64,000 bases of DNA from Pseudomonadota bacterium (GCA_031416315.1 JANOTL010000146.1:34077-98076); one strand, 5' to 3'. Positions 8,933 to 18,343 are shown, counted from the first letter of the stretch. The notes: generated from the sequence alone by a model not told the origin. Numbers and translations: made by a program.

Positions 8933-10227
8933 TCCGAGCGGCGCTCTTCCTCGTTTACTCGCTCCTCCTAGCGCTACCTTTCCGGATCGTGCGACTCGCC
9001 GCGCGCTGGAACCCGAAGCTCGCGCGCCAATTCGGCGATCGGCCGACGGCGGCGGCGCTCGCCGCCAACGTCGCGCAGCCACGCGCCGCCTTTCGCCGCG
9101 CGGTCCTCTTCTTCGTCAGCTCGGCCGGCGAATACGAGCAAGCGAAGCCGCTGATGGACCGCCTCGTCGCGCGACGCGACACGTATCTCCACGTCCTCTT
9201 TTTCTCGCGCTCGGGCCTGGAGTACGCGAAAGCGCGCGGCGAGACCGTGCCGTATGCGCTCGTTCCCGCTACCGATTCCGTCTTCGACTGGGGCCACTTC
9301 CTGACGGCGCTCCGCCCCGATGTCGTCTGCGTCGTCCGCTACGAGCTCTGGCCCGGGTTCCTGGAGAGCGCGCGCCACTTCGCCAAGCTTTACCTCATCG
9401 ACGCTTCGCGCGGGGTCGGCGAGGCCAGCTCACGCGTGAAGCGCTGGGCGCGACGCTCGATGCTGCGCACCTTCGACGGTATCTTTGCGGTGAGCGAGGC
9501 GGACGCCGCCTTCTTCCGCAGTGAGTACGACATTGCCCCTGAGCGCGTCCTCGTCGCCGGCGACACGAAATACGACCGCGCCCGCGAGCGCGCCCTGGCG
9601 AAACGGCCCGAGGTCGAAGCTTTACGCGCCAAGCTCGACGCCATGGCGCCCGGCCGCCGGCGCCTCGTCGTCGGCAGCGCTCATCCCCCGGATCTCGCCT
9701 GTCTCCTCGGGGCGCTCGCGGCCAGCCCGGCCTGGGATAAGACCTGGCAAATCGTGGTCGCGCCGCATCACATAGGTCGTGATAACGTCGAGGCGATGAC
9801 GTCACTCTGCCGCGCTCAAGGTCTCGATCCCGTCTGCTGGAGCCAAGCTCCCGCCTCGGGCTCGCTCGTGTTCCTCGACACGATGGGCATGCTTGCCGAG
9901 GCGTACGGCGCCGGCGAGGCCGCTTTCGTCGGCGGCGCCCTGCATCACAAAGTCCACAACGTCCTAGAGCCTGCCGCTCACGGACTCGCCTTGGCGTTCG
10001 GTCCCCATCACCAGACGAGCGCCGAGGCGGTGGATCTCGTCGCGCAAAAGGCCGCGACCGTCGTCGACACGAGCACGGCCTTTGCGACCTGGTGGCACAG
10101 CCAGGAATCCCAAAGCCCCGCCGCGAGCCGCGACGATCGCATCGCCCGCGTGACCGGCCTTGCCGGCGCCGCCGACCGCATCCTTGCGACCTGGCAGACG
10201 ACGCTGGACGGTCAAGATGTCCGATAG
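8929..10227 (+). CDS. waaA: 3-deoxy-D-manno-octulosonic acid (Kdo) transferase
   Basis: SSAGEYEQ, ELWP, GDTKYD, DTMGMLAEAY and AFVGG....HNVLEPAA motifs. Confidence 0.9.
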   Translation: MIRAALFLVYSLLLALPFRIVRLAARWNPKLARQFGDRPTAAALAANVAQPRAAFRRAVLFFVSSAGEYEQAKPLMDRLVARRDTYLHVLFFSRSGLEYAKARGETVPYALVPATDSVFDWGHFLTALRPDVVCVVRYELWPGFLESARHFAKLYLIDASRGVGEASSRVKRWARRSMLRTFDGIFAVSEADAAFFRSEYDIAPERVLVAGDTKYDRARERALAKRPEVEALRAKLDAMAPGRRRLVVGSAHPPDLACLLGALAASPAWDKTWQIVVAPHHIGRDNVEAMTSLCRAQGLDPVCWSQAPASGSLVFLDTMGMLAEAYGAGEAAFVGGALHHKVHNVLEPAAHGLALAFGPHHQTSAEAVDLVAQKAATVVDTSTAFATWWHSQESQSPAASRDDRIARVTGLAGAADRILATWQTTLDGQDVR

Positions 10228-11743
10228 GCAGCTGATCATCAACGCCAACTCTTCCGAGACGCGCATTGCGCTGCTGGAGAAAGAGCGCCTCGCCGAGCTC
10301 TTCATCGAGCGCCACCTGGACCGCGGCATCGTCGGCAACATCTATCTCGGCACCGTGATGCGCGTGCTTCCGGGCATGCAGGCCGCCTTCGTCAACATCG
10401 GCGCCGAGCGGACCGCCTTCCTTTACGGCGGCGACGTCATCGACCCCGATTCGCTGAAAGAGCAGCGCGACGCCGCCGCGGTCGCCGACCTCTCACCCGA
10501 AGAGCTGCGCGAGCGCAGCGCCAAACAGCGCAAACCGATCGAGAAGCTCATCCGCGAAGGCCAACAGATCGTCGTCCAGGTGGCGAAAGAGCCGCTCGGC
10601 ACGAAGGGCGCCCGCGTCACGACCTTCCTCTCGCTGCCGGGGCGCTACCTCGTCCTGATGCCCGACTTCACCCACATCGGCATCTCGCGCCGGATCGAGG
10701 AGGAGGCCGAGCGCCTGCGCCTCATCGAGGTCGTGAAAGAGATCAAGCCCGAAGACGTCGGCATCATCGTGCGCACCGCGGCCGCCGGCGTCGAGGCCGT
10801 GCACCTGCAAAAAGACGTGAAGTTCCTGCTCAAGCTGTGGAAATCCGTCGAGGCGAAGAAGCGTCGGGGCGAGTCTCCGTCTCTTCTCTATCAAGATCTG
10901 AACTTGGTGCTGAAGACGACGCGCGACCTCTATTCCGAGGAGGTCGACCGCATCGTCGTCGACGATGCGGAGACCTACGAGGACCTGAAACGCTTTCTCG
11001 CCGCGACCATCCCGGGCGCCGGCAAGAAGCTCTTCCTCTACGAAGAGCAGCTGCCGATCTTCGACGTCTACGGCATCGAGATGGACATCGGCCGCGCCCT
11101 GAGCTCGCGGATCGAGCTGCCTTCGGGCGGCTATCTCGTCGTCGACCAGACCGAGGCGCTCACGTCCTTCGACGTGAACACGGGCAAATACGTCGGCTCC
11201 GCCAGCGCGCACGAGACGATTCTCAAGACCAACCTCGAGGCCGTCAAAAAGGTCGTCGCCCAACTACGCATCCGCAACATCGGCGGCATCATCGTCATCG
11301 ACTTCATCGACATGGAGCGCCTCGAGGACCGCGAAAAGGTTTTCACCCTCCTGACCGACGAGCTGAAGAACGATAAGGCGCGCACGAACGTCCTGCGCAT
11401 CAGCGAGCTCGGCCTCGTGCAAATGACGCGCAAGCGCACGAGCGAATCCCTCGAGCGGCAGCTCATGGAGCCGTGCCCGTACTGCGAGGGCCGCGGCCGT
11501 ATCCGCAGCACGATGACTGAAGCCTACGACCTCCTGCGCGAGATCAAGCGCCACACGCTGCAAACCAGCCAGCGCTCGATCAAGGTGAAGGTCAGAGACG
11601 ACATCCGCGACTTCATTCTCCGCGAGGAGCATGAGCTCTTCGAGAAACTGATCAAGGATTTCGAGCTGCAGATCGAATTCAAGACGACCGCCATGACGGC
11701 CGCGGCCTTGAACGACGATCCTTACGAGATCATCTCGGTTTGA
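10217..11743 (+). CDS. rng: Ribonuclease G (Rne/Rng family)
   Basis: VGNIYLG.V.RVLPGMQAAFVNIG, QVAKEPLGTKGAR, DVNTG, RNIGGIIVIDFIDM and CPYCEGRG; about 508 aa with no long RNase E tail. Confidence 0.93.
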   Translation: MSDRQLIINANSSETRIALLEKERLAELFIERHLDRGIVGNIYLGTVMRVLPGMQAAFVNIGAERTAFLYGGDVIDPDSLKEQRDAAAVADLSPEELRERSAKQRKPIEKLIREGQQIVVQVAKEPLGTKGARVTTFLSLPGRYLVLMPDFTHIGISRRIEEEAERLRLIEVVKEIKPEDVGIIVRTAAAGVEAVHLQKDVKFLLKLWKSVEAKKRRGESPSLLYQDLNLVLKTTRDLYSEEVDRIVVDDAETYEDLKRFLAATIPGAGKKLFLYEEQLPIFDVYGIEMDIGRALSSRIELPSGGYLVVDQTEALTSFDVNTGKYVGSASAHETILKTNLEAVKKVVAQLRIRNIGGIIVIDFIDMERLEDREKVFTLLTDELKNDKARTNVLRISELGLVQMTRKRTSESLERQLMEPCPYCEGRGRIRSTMTEAYDLLREIKRHTLQTSQRSIKVKVRDDIRDFILREEHELFEKLIKDFELQIEFKTTAMTAAALNDDPYEIISV

Positions 11744-11749
11744 TCCTAG

Positions 11750-11770
11750 CTCGCAACACATCGTTGCGAG
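11750..11770 (+). terminator. Hairpin after rng, possible terminator without U-tract
   Basis: CTCGCAAC-ACATC-GTTGCGAG, a perfect 8-bp stem just after the stop codon. Confidence 0.4.
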
Positions 11771-12154
11771 AACCGTTGTGGGGGCCGTGCGGCACGGGTA
11801 GAGCGGATGCATGAGCCCTGAGCTCGATGATGCTCGCATCGGCGACGTCGGCGCTGCTCAATAACGGCTGGCTCGACGATCTGAATCCGGTGACGACTGC
11901 GGGCTCGATCGAAGTGAGGGTGGCGTTCGCGAAGACGGTCGACGGCTTTATGAAGCTCGCTCCTGGCGAGGGCGTGTTTCTCGGCGGCTACGTCTGCGAA
12001 GAGGACACGACCGATTGCTTCTCGCTCACCACACGCCTCGGCGCCATTCGCTCCGTACAAGGCAGACCGAAAAGGGCGGTTCGGCTGGTGAGCGGCCTCT
12101 AGGGGAACGTGTCGCGGGCGCATCGACAGAGTGTCGCCGATGGAGCGCGAGGGG

Positions 12155-12182
12155 TTATTTTTATTATAATTTCAATTAGATA
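12155..12182 (+). promoter_or_regulatory. AT-rich patch containing a perfect -10 box
   Basis: TTATTTTTATTATAATTTCAATTAGATA, with TATAAT at 12165-12170, about 120 bp upstream of the REC-TPR gene. Confidence 0.4.
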
Positions 12183-12289
12183 CGGTCATACGCCCCCAGC
12201 TCCACACCCGAGCCTCAAGTCCGCAAGCCACTATCCCGACTAGTCCTCCGTCTGGAAAGCCGAGAGTTTCCCAACCGTTCGGGTTCGAC

Positions 12290-14440
12290 GTGGCGCACTG
12301 CATCCCCGAGAAAACCGTCCGCACTCTCATCGTCGAGCCCTCCGACGTCAAGAGAACGATGCTCGCGGTCGGCATGCGTGAGCTGGGATTTCGCAACGTC
12401 AAAGCGACCAGGTCAATCGCGGAAGCGCTGGCATTGATCGAGAGCGACGAGGAAATGCCCGAGTGGATTCTGTCGCCGTTGCTCGGCGACGAGCCCGTCA
12501 ATGCACTCAACATGTTAACGCTTTGCATCAAGGAACCGGCGCTCCACGCTTGCCGCGTCAGCCTTTTTCTCGCCCCCGACGAGCGCGATTGCCTCGTCAA
12601 TGCCTTCGAGCTCGGTCTGTTCTCCTGCCACGATCGGTCGTCCGACGTCGGCTCGCAGCTTCTGCGCGTCGAGGAGCTCAGTCAAATCTGCGAGCGTTAC
12701 GCCGGCGACGACTGTTTGATCGCGGCCCACTACCTCCGCGCCCACCTGGCCAAGAGCGAGATGTTCCGGGACCTCCTGCGCCTCGATACGGCGATGCTTG
12801 CCCTTTTTCCCAAGAGCGAGCGCTGCCTGTTGCAACTCGCCGAGGCGCTATTTCTCAACGACCGCCCGCAGGTCGCATTAATGGCGCTGGCGCGCGCGCC
12901 CGAGCTTCAGCCTGAGGCAGCCGAGACGGCGCGGCGGCTGATCGACCAGATCACGACCGCGTCGGGCTTCACCTCGACCGGCGAGGTCCAGTTCGCGGCG
13001 CGGCACGGTCTTCGCTGCTGCGTCGTCGTCGATCCAGACGGCGCCACGGTGAAGCTCCTCGGCGAAGCCTTGAGGGCGCTCGGTGTCCCGAGGATCGAGA
13101 CCTTCGGAGACGGCGAGGCAGCTTGGGAGTTTCTGCGGACGGCACCCGAGCCGGATCTGATCATCCAAGAGTGGCGTCTGCCCAAGCTCTCGGGCAGCCT
13201 TCTGATCCAGCGCCTGCGCTCGAAAGGTCGAGCCATGGTGCCGATCATCGTTTACAGCTCGGTCGTCAAAGGCAACATCGACCACATCTTGCTGCGTGAG
13301 CTGGGCGTCACCGACGTCCTGGAGAAGCCGAAGCCGTTGAAGCAACTCATTCCGATTCTCTGCACGATCGTCAAGGAGCACCTGACGCCACACAAGCCAC
13401 AGAGTGCCGTCCTCAGAATCCGCCGGCTCCTCATGACGAGGGACTTTGCGGCGGCGCAAAACTTGTTCGAAGAGCTGAACCGCGGCCCGGGCACCCTTCC
13501 CGAAGCGCTACGCCTGCACATGCTTGCCGAATTGGCGTTCCACCAGGGCCGTTACGTCGAGGCGGGCTACCTCGCCGCCGAGGCGCTGCAGACCGGCGGC
13601 GAGGACTTGCTGGTCCTGAACCTCCTCGGCAAGACTTACACGAAGTTGCGCCAGTTCGAGCAAGCCCAAGCATTTTTCAGCCGCGCGACGGCCATCTGCC
13701 CGCAAAACATCGAACGGCTTTGCCAGCTCGCCCAGGTGCAGAGCGAGCTCGGCCTGGGCGCCGCCGCCGCCGGCTCCTTGGACCGAGCCAGGTCATTCGA
13801 CGGCCAAAGCGAGACCGTGGCCGAGGCCGGAGCGAAGATCGCACTCGTGCGCGGCGACACGGAAGGCGCCAAGGAGCTGCTGACCCAGCTGGAATCGTTT
13901 TCGGGGGTGATCGCCTTCATGAACAATCGGGCCGTCGCGCTCGCGCTTCAGGGAAAATGGGCGGACGGCATCGCCATGTATGAAAGGACGCTCGCCGCCA
14001 TGCCGGAAGAAATGGGCGGTCTCAAGTCCATGGTCAGCTTCAATCTCGGCCTTGGCCTGGTGAAAAGCGGCGATCTCGCGGCCGCTAAAGCCCCGCTCGC
14101 GGCCGCGGTCGCCTATGACTGCGGTCCGGTCACTGCCAAAGCGCGGTCCCTGCTCAAGCGCCTCGAGCGGTCTTTGGCCACGGGGGAGCCGCTCAAGCTC
14201 AACACCGGCGAGGGCGGCCGCCACGACGAAGGCCGCGACGAGGAAATGGCCACCCCCGAGCCGCGTACCTTGCCCGTCGCCCTCGACGTCGAGCTCGGGA
14301 CCATGCGATGCCACCTAGTCTTCCACAGCGGACGAGGCGTCGAAGCGCGCGTTGCGATGCTGATCGCCGCCAGCCCCCGCTTCGCGATGCGGCCTTCGAT
14401 ACTGCGCGGCAAGACCGGGTCCAAGAAGGCGGCGTACTGA
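12290..14440 (+). CDS. Two receiver-like domains plus TPR repeats
   Basis: TLIVEPS...LGFRNV...PEWILS (REC1); CVVVDPD...PDLIIQEWRLPKLSG...VLEKP (REC2); TPR helices such as LNLLGKTYTKLRQFEQAQAFF. Start codon uncertain. Confidence 0.8.
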   Translation: MAHCIPEKTVRTLIVEPSDVKRTMLAVGMRELGFRNVKATRSIAEALALIESDEEMPEWILSPLLGDEPVNALNMLTLCIKEPALHACRVSLFLAPDERDCLVNAFELGLFSCHDRSSDVGSQLLRVEELSQICERYAGDDCLIAAHYLRAHLAKSEMFRDLLRLDTAMLALFPKSERCLLQLAEALFLNDRPQVALMALARAPELQPEAAETARRLIDQITTASGFTSTGEVQFAARHGLRCCVVVDPDGATVKLLGEALRALGVPRIETFGDGEAAWEFLRTAPEPDLIIQEWRLPKLSGSLLIQRLRSKGRAMVPIIVYSSVVKGNIDHILLRELGVTDVLEKPKPLKQLIPILCTIVKEHLTPHKPQSAVLRIRRLLMTRDFAAAQNLFEELNRGPGTLPEALRLHMLAELAFHQGRYVEAGYLAAEALQTGGEDLLVLNLLGKTYTKLRQFEQAQAFFSRATAICPQNIERLCQLAQVQSELGLGAAAAGSLDRARSFDGQSETVAEAGAKIALVRGDTEGAKELLTQLESFSGVIAFMNNRAVALALQGKWADGIAMYERTLAAMPEEMGGLKSMVSFNLGLGLVKSGDLAAAKAPLAAAVAYDCGPVTAKARSLLKRLERSLATGEPLKLNTGEGGRHDEGRDEEMATPEPRTLPVALDVELGTMRCHLVFHSGRGVEARVAMLIAASPRFAMRPSILRGKTGSKKAAY

Positions 14441-14587
14441 CCCCCTTTTGCGAGGTCCCATCAGTCGCCTTCGCCGCGCTACCCTCCATATGCTAAGAGC
14501 GTGCGGCATTTTCGCTGCGCATGCTTCAGCGACCGCGCCGGCTGCACTTCTTTCCTTCGTTTCTTCTATGCCTACAAAGAAGGAATG

Positions 14588-14616
14588 AAAAAAAGGAAGA
14601 GCCGCGGTGATCTTCC
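14588..14616 (-). terminator. Rho-independent terminator (minus strand)
   Basis: Minus strand reads GGAAGA-TCACCGCGGC-TCTTCC followed by a run of 7 T. Confidence 0.6.
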
Positions 14617-14831
14617 TCGGCCCAGTGAACCCAAGTCAGCGAACGGGTAAATTTCCGGCTCGAATGACTCTGGGTCGCGCACCCCGCACGCGCGCAATTT
14701 CCCGACCTATGCGAGTCGCAGACGGCTTCGACCTGGCTTGCGAGCTTGCCGGGCCTGATGCGAAACCACCCGGCATACCCGAACTTTCCGATGCACGAGC
14801 TATAACTCGCTCGCCTCGGCCTGGGGCTAGG

Positions 14832-15050
14832 TCACTTCGCCAACATAACGTTCACGGCCTTAACTACGACCGTGACCTTGTCGCCCTTTTTCAACTTCAG
14901 ATCTGCGATCGAGTCGAGGGTCATTACCGAGCTCATGACCTTGTCGGTGCCGTCGAGCTTGACGTCAACCTGGCCCATCACGCCGCCCGTCTTGATCTCG
15001 GTGACCGAACCGACCAGCTGATTCTTCGCGCCGAGGCTCTTCGTTTCCAT
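14832..15050 (-). CDS. mop: TOBE-domain molybdate-binding protein (molbindin/Mop family)
   Basis: SLGAKNQLVGSVTEIKTGGVMGQV...SSVMTLDSIADLKLKKGDKV.VVVKA.NVML; 72 aa; GGGAGA RBS. Confidence 0.9.
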   Translation of the reverse strand: METKSLGAKNQLVGSVTEIKTGGVMGQVDVKLDGTDKVMSSVMTLDSIADLKLKKGDKVTVVVKAVNVMLAK

Positions 15051-15096
15051 GGCATCCGTCTCCCTTCGAAGTTTCCGGCAATCTACCACAAGCAGA

Positions 15097-15137
15097 AACG
15101 CGGCGGCGCAGGGCCTCGTGCCCCGTGCCGCCGCGTC
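15097..15137 (-). terminator. GC-rich hairpin, terminator- or REP-like
   Basis: Minus strand reads GACGCGGCGGCACGGGGC-ACGAG-GCCCTGCGCCGCCGCGTT, followed by TCT. Confidence 0.55.
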
Positions 15138-15152
15138 CGAAATCGGTCGCGC

Positions 15153-15794
15153 TTACTTCTGAGTGACCGAGCCGGCCTTCGCCGACCACGTGCCCTTGTC
15201 GTCCTTCTCGGGCTGGAAGAAGATCCAGTCGTTCGCCTTGTACGTGCCGCCGTCCTTCAGCTTGATGACGGAACCCGTCTTCACTTTGTCGAACTTGGAG
15301 TCGTTCACCTTGGCGGTGACGATGCCCTTCTCCGACTTCAAGACGATGGCTTTGACTTCGCCCGCGTTCGCCGGACGATCGGCGGTCTTGGCGCGGATGC
15401 CGCCTTCGGAGACCGAGCTCTCGAGGGCCAGCTCGACCGACTTCTCGCGGATCTTGGTCTTCGAGACCTGATCCAAGAAGTCCGCTTCCTTGCCCGTGTA
15501 GGTGATGGTGACGGCGTCTTTGCCCTTGGCCGCGACCTTTACGCCATGCGTGCCGCCGAGCTTCGACTCGAGCGAGCTCTTCACCGCGTCGGCGGAGAGC
15601 TTCACGCCCTTCTTCAGCTCGGCCGAGGTGTCGAGCGTGAACTCGTACTCGCCGTCCTTCACCTTCTTCCACGACTTCGCGAGGCCGGCTTTCGGCCCCG
15701 GCATCTCGATCAAAGTCTTCGCCGCGGCCGAGGCCACGCTGGTGAAGAAGAACATCGCGGTCACCACGGTCATGAGCTTGGCGGTAAATTTCAT
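15153..15794 (-). CDS. Secreted Lys-rich hypothetical protein
   Basis: Sec signal MKFTAKLM...ASA; GC3-biased codons; GGGAGA RBS. Confidence 0.75.
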   Translation of the reverse strand: MKFTAKLMTVVTAMFFFTSVASAAAKTLIEMPGPKAGLAKSWKKVKDGEYEFTLDTSAELKKGVKLSADAVKSSLESKLGGTHGVKVAAKGKDAVTITYTGKEADFLDQVSKTKIREKSVELALESSVSEGGIRAKTADRPANAGEVKAIVLKSEKGIVTAKVNDSKFDKVKTGSVIKLKDGGTYKANDWIFFQPEKDDKGTWSAKAGSVTQK

Positions 15795-15961
15795 CTGACT
15801 CGTCTCCCGTCCATGAAGAGAAGATTGGCCTGCCGAGGGTCTGAGGCTGCAAAGCGCATGCGCGCCCTTTGGCTTTCAGAATCCCCCGAGTTTACTGACT
15901 ATTCCTAAAATCTGCCAGGGCTCTGTGGCCGTTCGGACCGTGGTGAAATCACCACGCTTCC

Positions 15962-16462
15962 TCAGGGAAGCTCGGCGTACGAAACGACCTTCGAGGTCGG
16001 CTCCTTCGCCGTCGGGGAGTCGACCGTCTTCAGATCGAGGATCACCTTCTTGCCGCTCAACTTTTTCAGACCGTCCGGCACCTCGGCTAGCGCCTTCATG
16101 TTACCGTCGTCGGCCGTCACCTGAAAGACGCCACCTTTTTCGGCCAGCGTGCCGACGACCGCTTCGCGGCCGTTGCTCAGCTTCTTCACCGTGAAGGCCG
16201 AGGCGTCGACGCATTTCTTCGCGCCGTCTTTGCCTAGCTGCCATTCGCCGCTGACCCGGACGGTCATGCCCGTGAGCCGGCCGATGCGCTTCTGCACGTC
16301 GCCGCGGCACACGGTCGGCCCGTTGCCGCCGGCGGCCTCGGCGAGGATCGTGCGCTGCTCGATGGCGGAGCCGACGAGACGGACGACGCCTTCGACGTCT
16401 TCGGCGAGGGCCGAAGGCGCCAGGACGAGCCCGAGCATGAAACCGAGGATCTTCGTGTGCAT
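15962..16462 (-). CDS. Secreted hypothetical protein, possibly two OB-like modules
   Basis: Signal peptide ending ALA; AAGGAG RBS; begins about 10 bp after the peptidase stop codon. Confidence 0.7.
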   Translation of the reverse strand: MHTKILGFMLGLVLAPSALAEDVEGVVRLVGSAIEQRTILAEAAGGNGPTVCRGDVQKRIGRLTGMTVRVSGEWQLGKDGAKKCVDASAFTVKKLSNGREAVVGTLAEKGGVFQVTADDGNMKALAEVPDGLKKLSGKKVILDLKTVDSPTAKEPTSKVVSYAELP

Positions 16463-16471
16463 CTGGGCTCC

Positions 16472-18289
16472 TTACTTGACGCGTACGGCAGAGACGGCGG
16501 CGCCCGGAACGTCGGCCGGCAGCGCGAAGATCACGTTTTCGTCGGGATCGGTGACCGTATAGAGCAAGGGCTTCGTCATATAGTGCTCGACCTCGACCGA
16601 CGTCACGCCGTCGAGCTTCGCATTCTCGGTGATTTCCTTGACGTGATCGATGGTCTGCTCGGCCGCGGCGCCGTACGCGCCGTTGAAGGTCATCCCGTAC
16701 TTTTTGCCGGCCGTGCCGTTCAGGTCGGTGACGCCAGCCGTCCGGCCCTGCGTCTTGTACTTGGCGGAGATGCCAGGGACCGTGCCGCCGTCGAGGACGA
16801 CTGCGCCGAGAAAGTCGCCCACTTTTTCCGTCCACGCGCCGAGGTCGGCGCCGAGCGAGGAGGCGATGCCCTTCGGTCCGGCCGAGGCGCTGTTCTTCAC
16901 GATCGAGGTGATGAGGTCGAGGCCCGCGCCGCCGGAAGCGCGGCCGTCCGCGCCGAAAGTGACGCCGCCCTTTTGGCTCGCGAGGTAGAACATCAGCATC
17001 TGAGAGGAACCGCGCGACTCCGCCGCACCGCCGTTGGCGGCGTTGAGAAACGACGAGGTACCGAAGCTGAACACGTCGAGAAACTTCTTCGGATAGCCTT
17101 CGAAGTTCTCGGCGCCGTAGCCCCAGACATCCTCAAAGAAGTGGGCGATGCCCTCGTCGACCGCGACCGTCTCTTCCACGCCGGCCGTTTTGCGCACGTG
17201 ATACCAGTTGCTGATCGCGTGTTGCATCTCGTGCGCGATCGTCGAGTGCCAGAGCTTGTTGGCCAGGGCCGCATCGGCGGGGCCGCCGACCGTGGCAAAG
17301 TCGGCCGCCATGTAGAGCATCGGCACTTTCGCTTCGCTGGAAGCGGCGCCGAGGAAGACGCCGGCGACTTTGAGCGCCGCGACGTCGGTCGGCCAACGGT
17401 TCGGGTTGGCGAAGTCGATGATCGCGATCACGGGCTTGAAGGTGTAGCCCGTCGCGCCGGTGAAATCGTCCTTGTAGATCGTCTTCTTGTAGCCGTCGAC
17501 GACGGCCTTCACGGTCGCCTGGATCTTCGTCTTGTCGGCTTCGGTCTTCGGCTCGTCGACGTAGACGAGACAGAAATCGGTGCCGTCGACCGCGGGCGTA
17601 GCGAAGTCGAGCGGCGCGAACTTCAGCGCGTCGCCGGCCTCCATGTCGGGATCCGGGCTGACGACGTTGGCGACCGGGCATTCGCCCGCCGTCAGCGGCA
17701 GGGAATGCTTAGCCTTCGCGACGGCCTTCGGCGTGTTGCGGTAGAAGCCTTCGATGCTCGGGCCGCCATGGAGCTTGAGACCGGCGCCGGAGGCGTCGAC
17801 CGCCTTCGCGATCGCCCAAAATTCCGCGCCCTGATCCGTGCCCTTCGAGGGATCGTAGCGGTTGAGGAGCGTCCGCAGATTGTGGTCGCGCTCGCTCGCC
17901 GTCATCGGCTTTTGCGCCGCGGCGAACTGCGGCGACAAATCGATGAGGCCCGCGCCCTCTTTCGGCGCGGTCGCGGCCTTTTTTGCCTTCGAGACCGCGA
18001 AGGTGAACTTGGTGTTGCCGTCCGAGCCTTCGATCGCGAGATCGCCGAGGACGTAGGGCATCAATACATATTGAGCGCCGACCTCAGCGTCGGGAAAGGT
18101 GACGGTGACCTTGCCTGCTACGGCCTTCGTCACGGTGCCCTTGCCGGTACAGTCGGCGGTGCATTCATCGCCGCTGTCGTCATCGTCGTCGTCGTCGCCG
18201 GACTTTTCCTCGTCTCCGCAGGAGACGAGGCCGAAGCACAAGACGACCGGCCACAGCGCTTTCACCTTCTGACCCAAACGACTTCTCAC
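16472..18289 (-). CDS. Zinc metallopeptidase lipoprotein (HEXXH...E, gluzincin/M30-like)
   Basis: Lipobox LVSC followed by poly-Asp; TIAHEMQH plus downstream VDEGIAH; AGGAGG RBS. Confidence 0.75.
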   Translation of the reverse strand: MRSRLGQKVKALWPVVLCFGLVSCGDEEKSGDDDDDDDSGDECTADCTGKGTVTKAVAGKVTVTFPDAEVGAQYVLMPYVLGDLAIEGSDGNTKFTFAVSKAKKAATAPKEGAGLIDLSPQFAAAQKPMTASERDHNLRTLLNRYDPSKGTDQGAEFWAIAKAVDASGAGLKLHGGPSIEGFYRNTPKAVAKAKHSLPLTAGECPVANVVSPDPDMEAGDALKFAPLDFATPAVDGTDFCLVYVDEPKTEADKTKIQATVKAVVDGYKKTIYKDDFTGATGYTFKPVIAIIDFANPNRWPTDVAALKVAGVFLGAASSEAKVPMLYMAADFATVGGPADAALANKLWHSTIAHEMQHAISNWYHVRKTAGVEETVAVDEGIAHFFEDVWGYGAENFEGYPKKFLDVFSFGTSSFLNAANGGAAESRGSSQMLMFYLASQKGGVTFGADGRASGGAGLDLITSIVKNSASAGPKGIASSLGADLGAWTEKVGDFLGAVVLDGGTVPGISAKYKTQGRTAGVTDLNGTAGKKYGMTFNGAYGAAAEQTIDHVKEITENAKLDGVTSVEVEHYMTKPLLYTVTDPDENVIFALPADVPGAAVSAVRVK

Positions 18290-18343
18290 GGTTCAATCCT
18301 CCTGCTGATCCCGGACCTACGCCTCAGATCCGATGACTGTAAA

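Noticed and set aside
14628..14675. Long hairpin as retron msd
   Set aside because: No reverse transcriptase in the window and no clear a1/a2 inverted repeats.
14748..14774. CTGATG...GAAA as a hammerhead ribozyme core
   Set aside because: It lacks the CUGANGA motif, stem II and the three-way junction.
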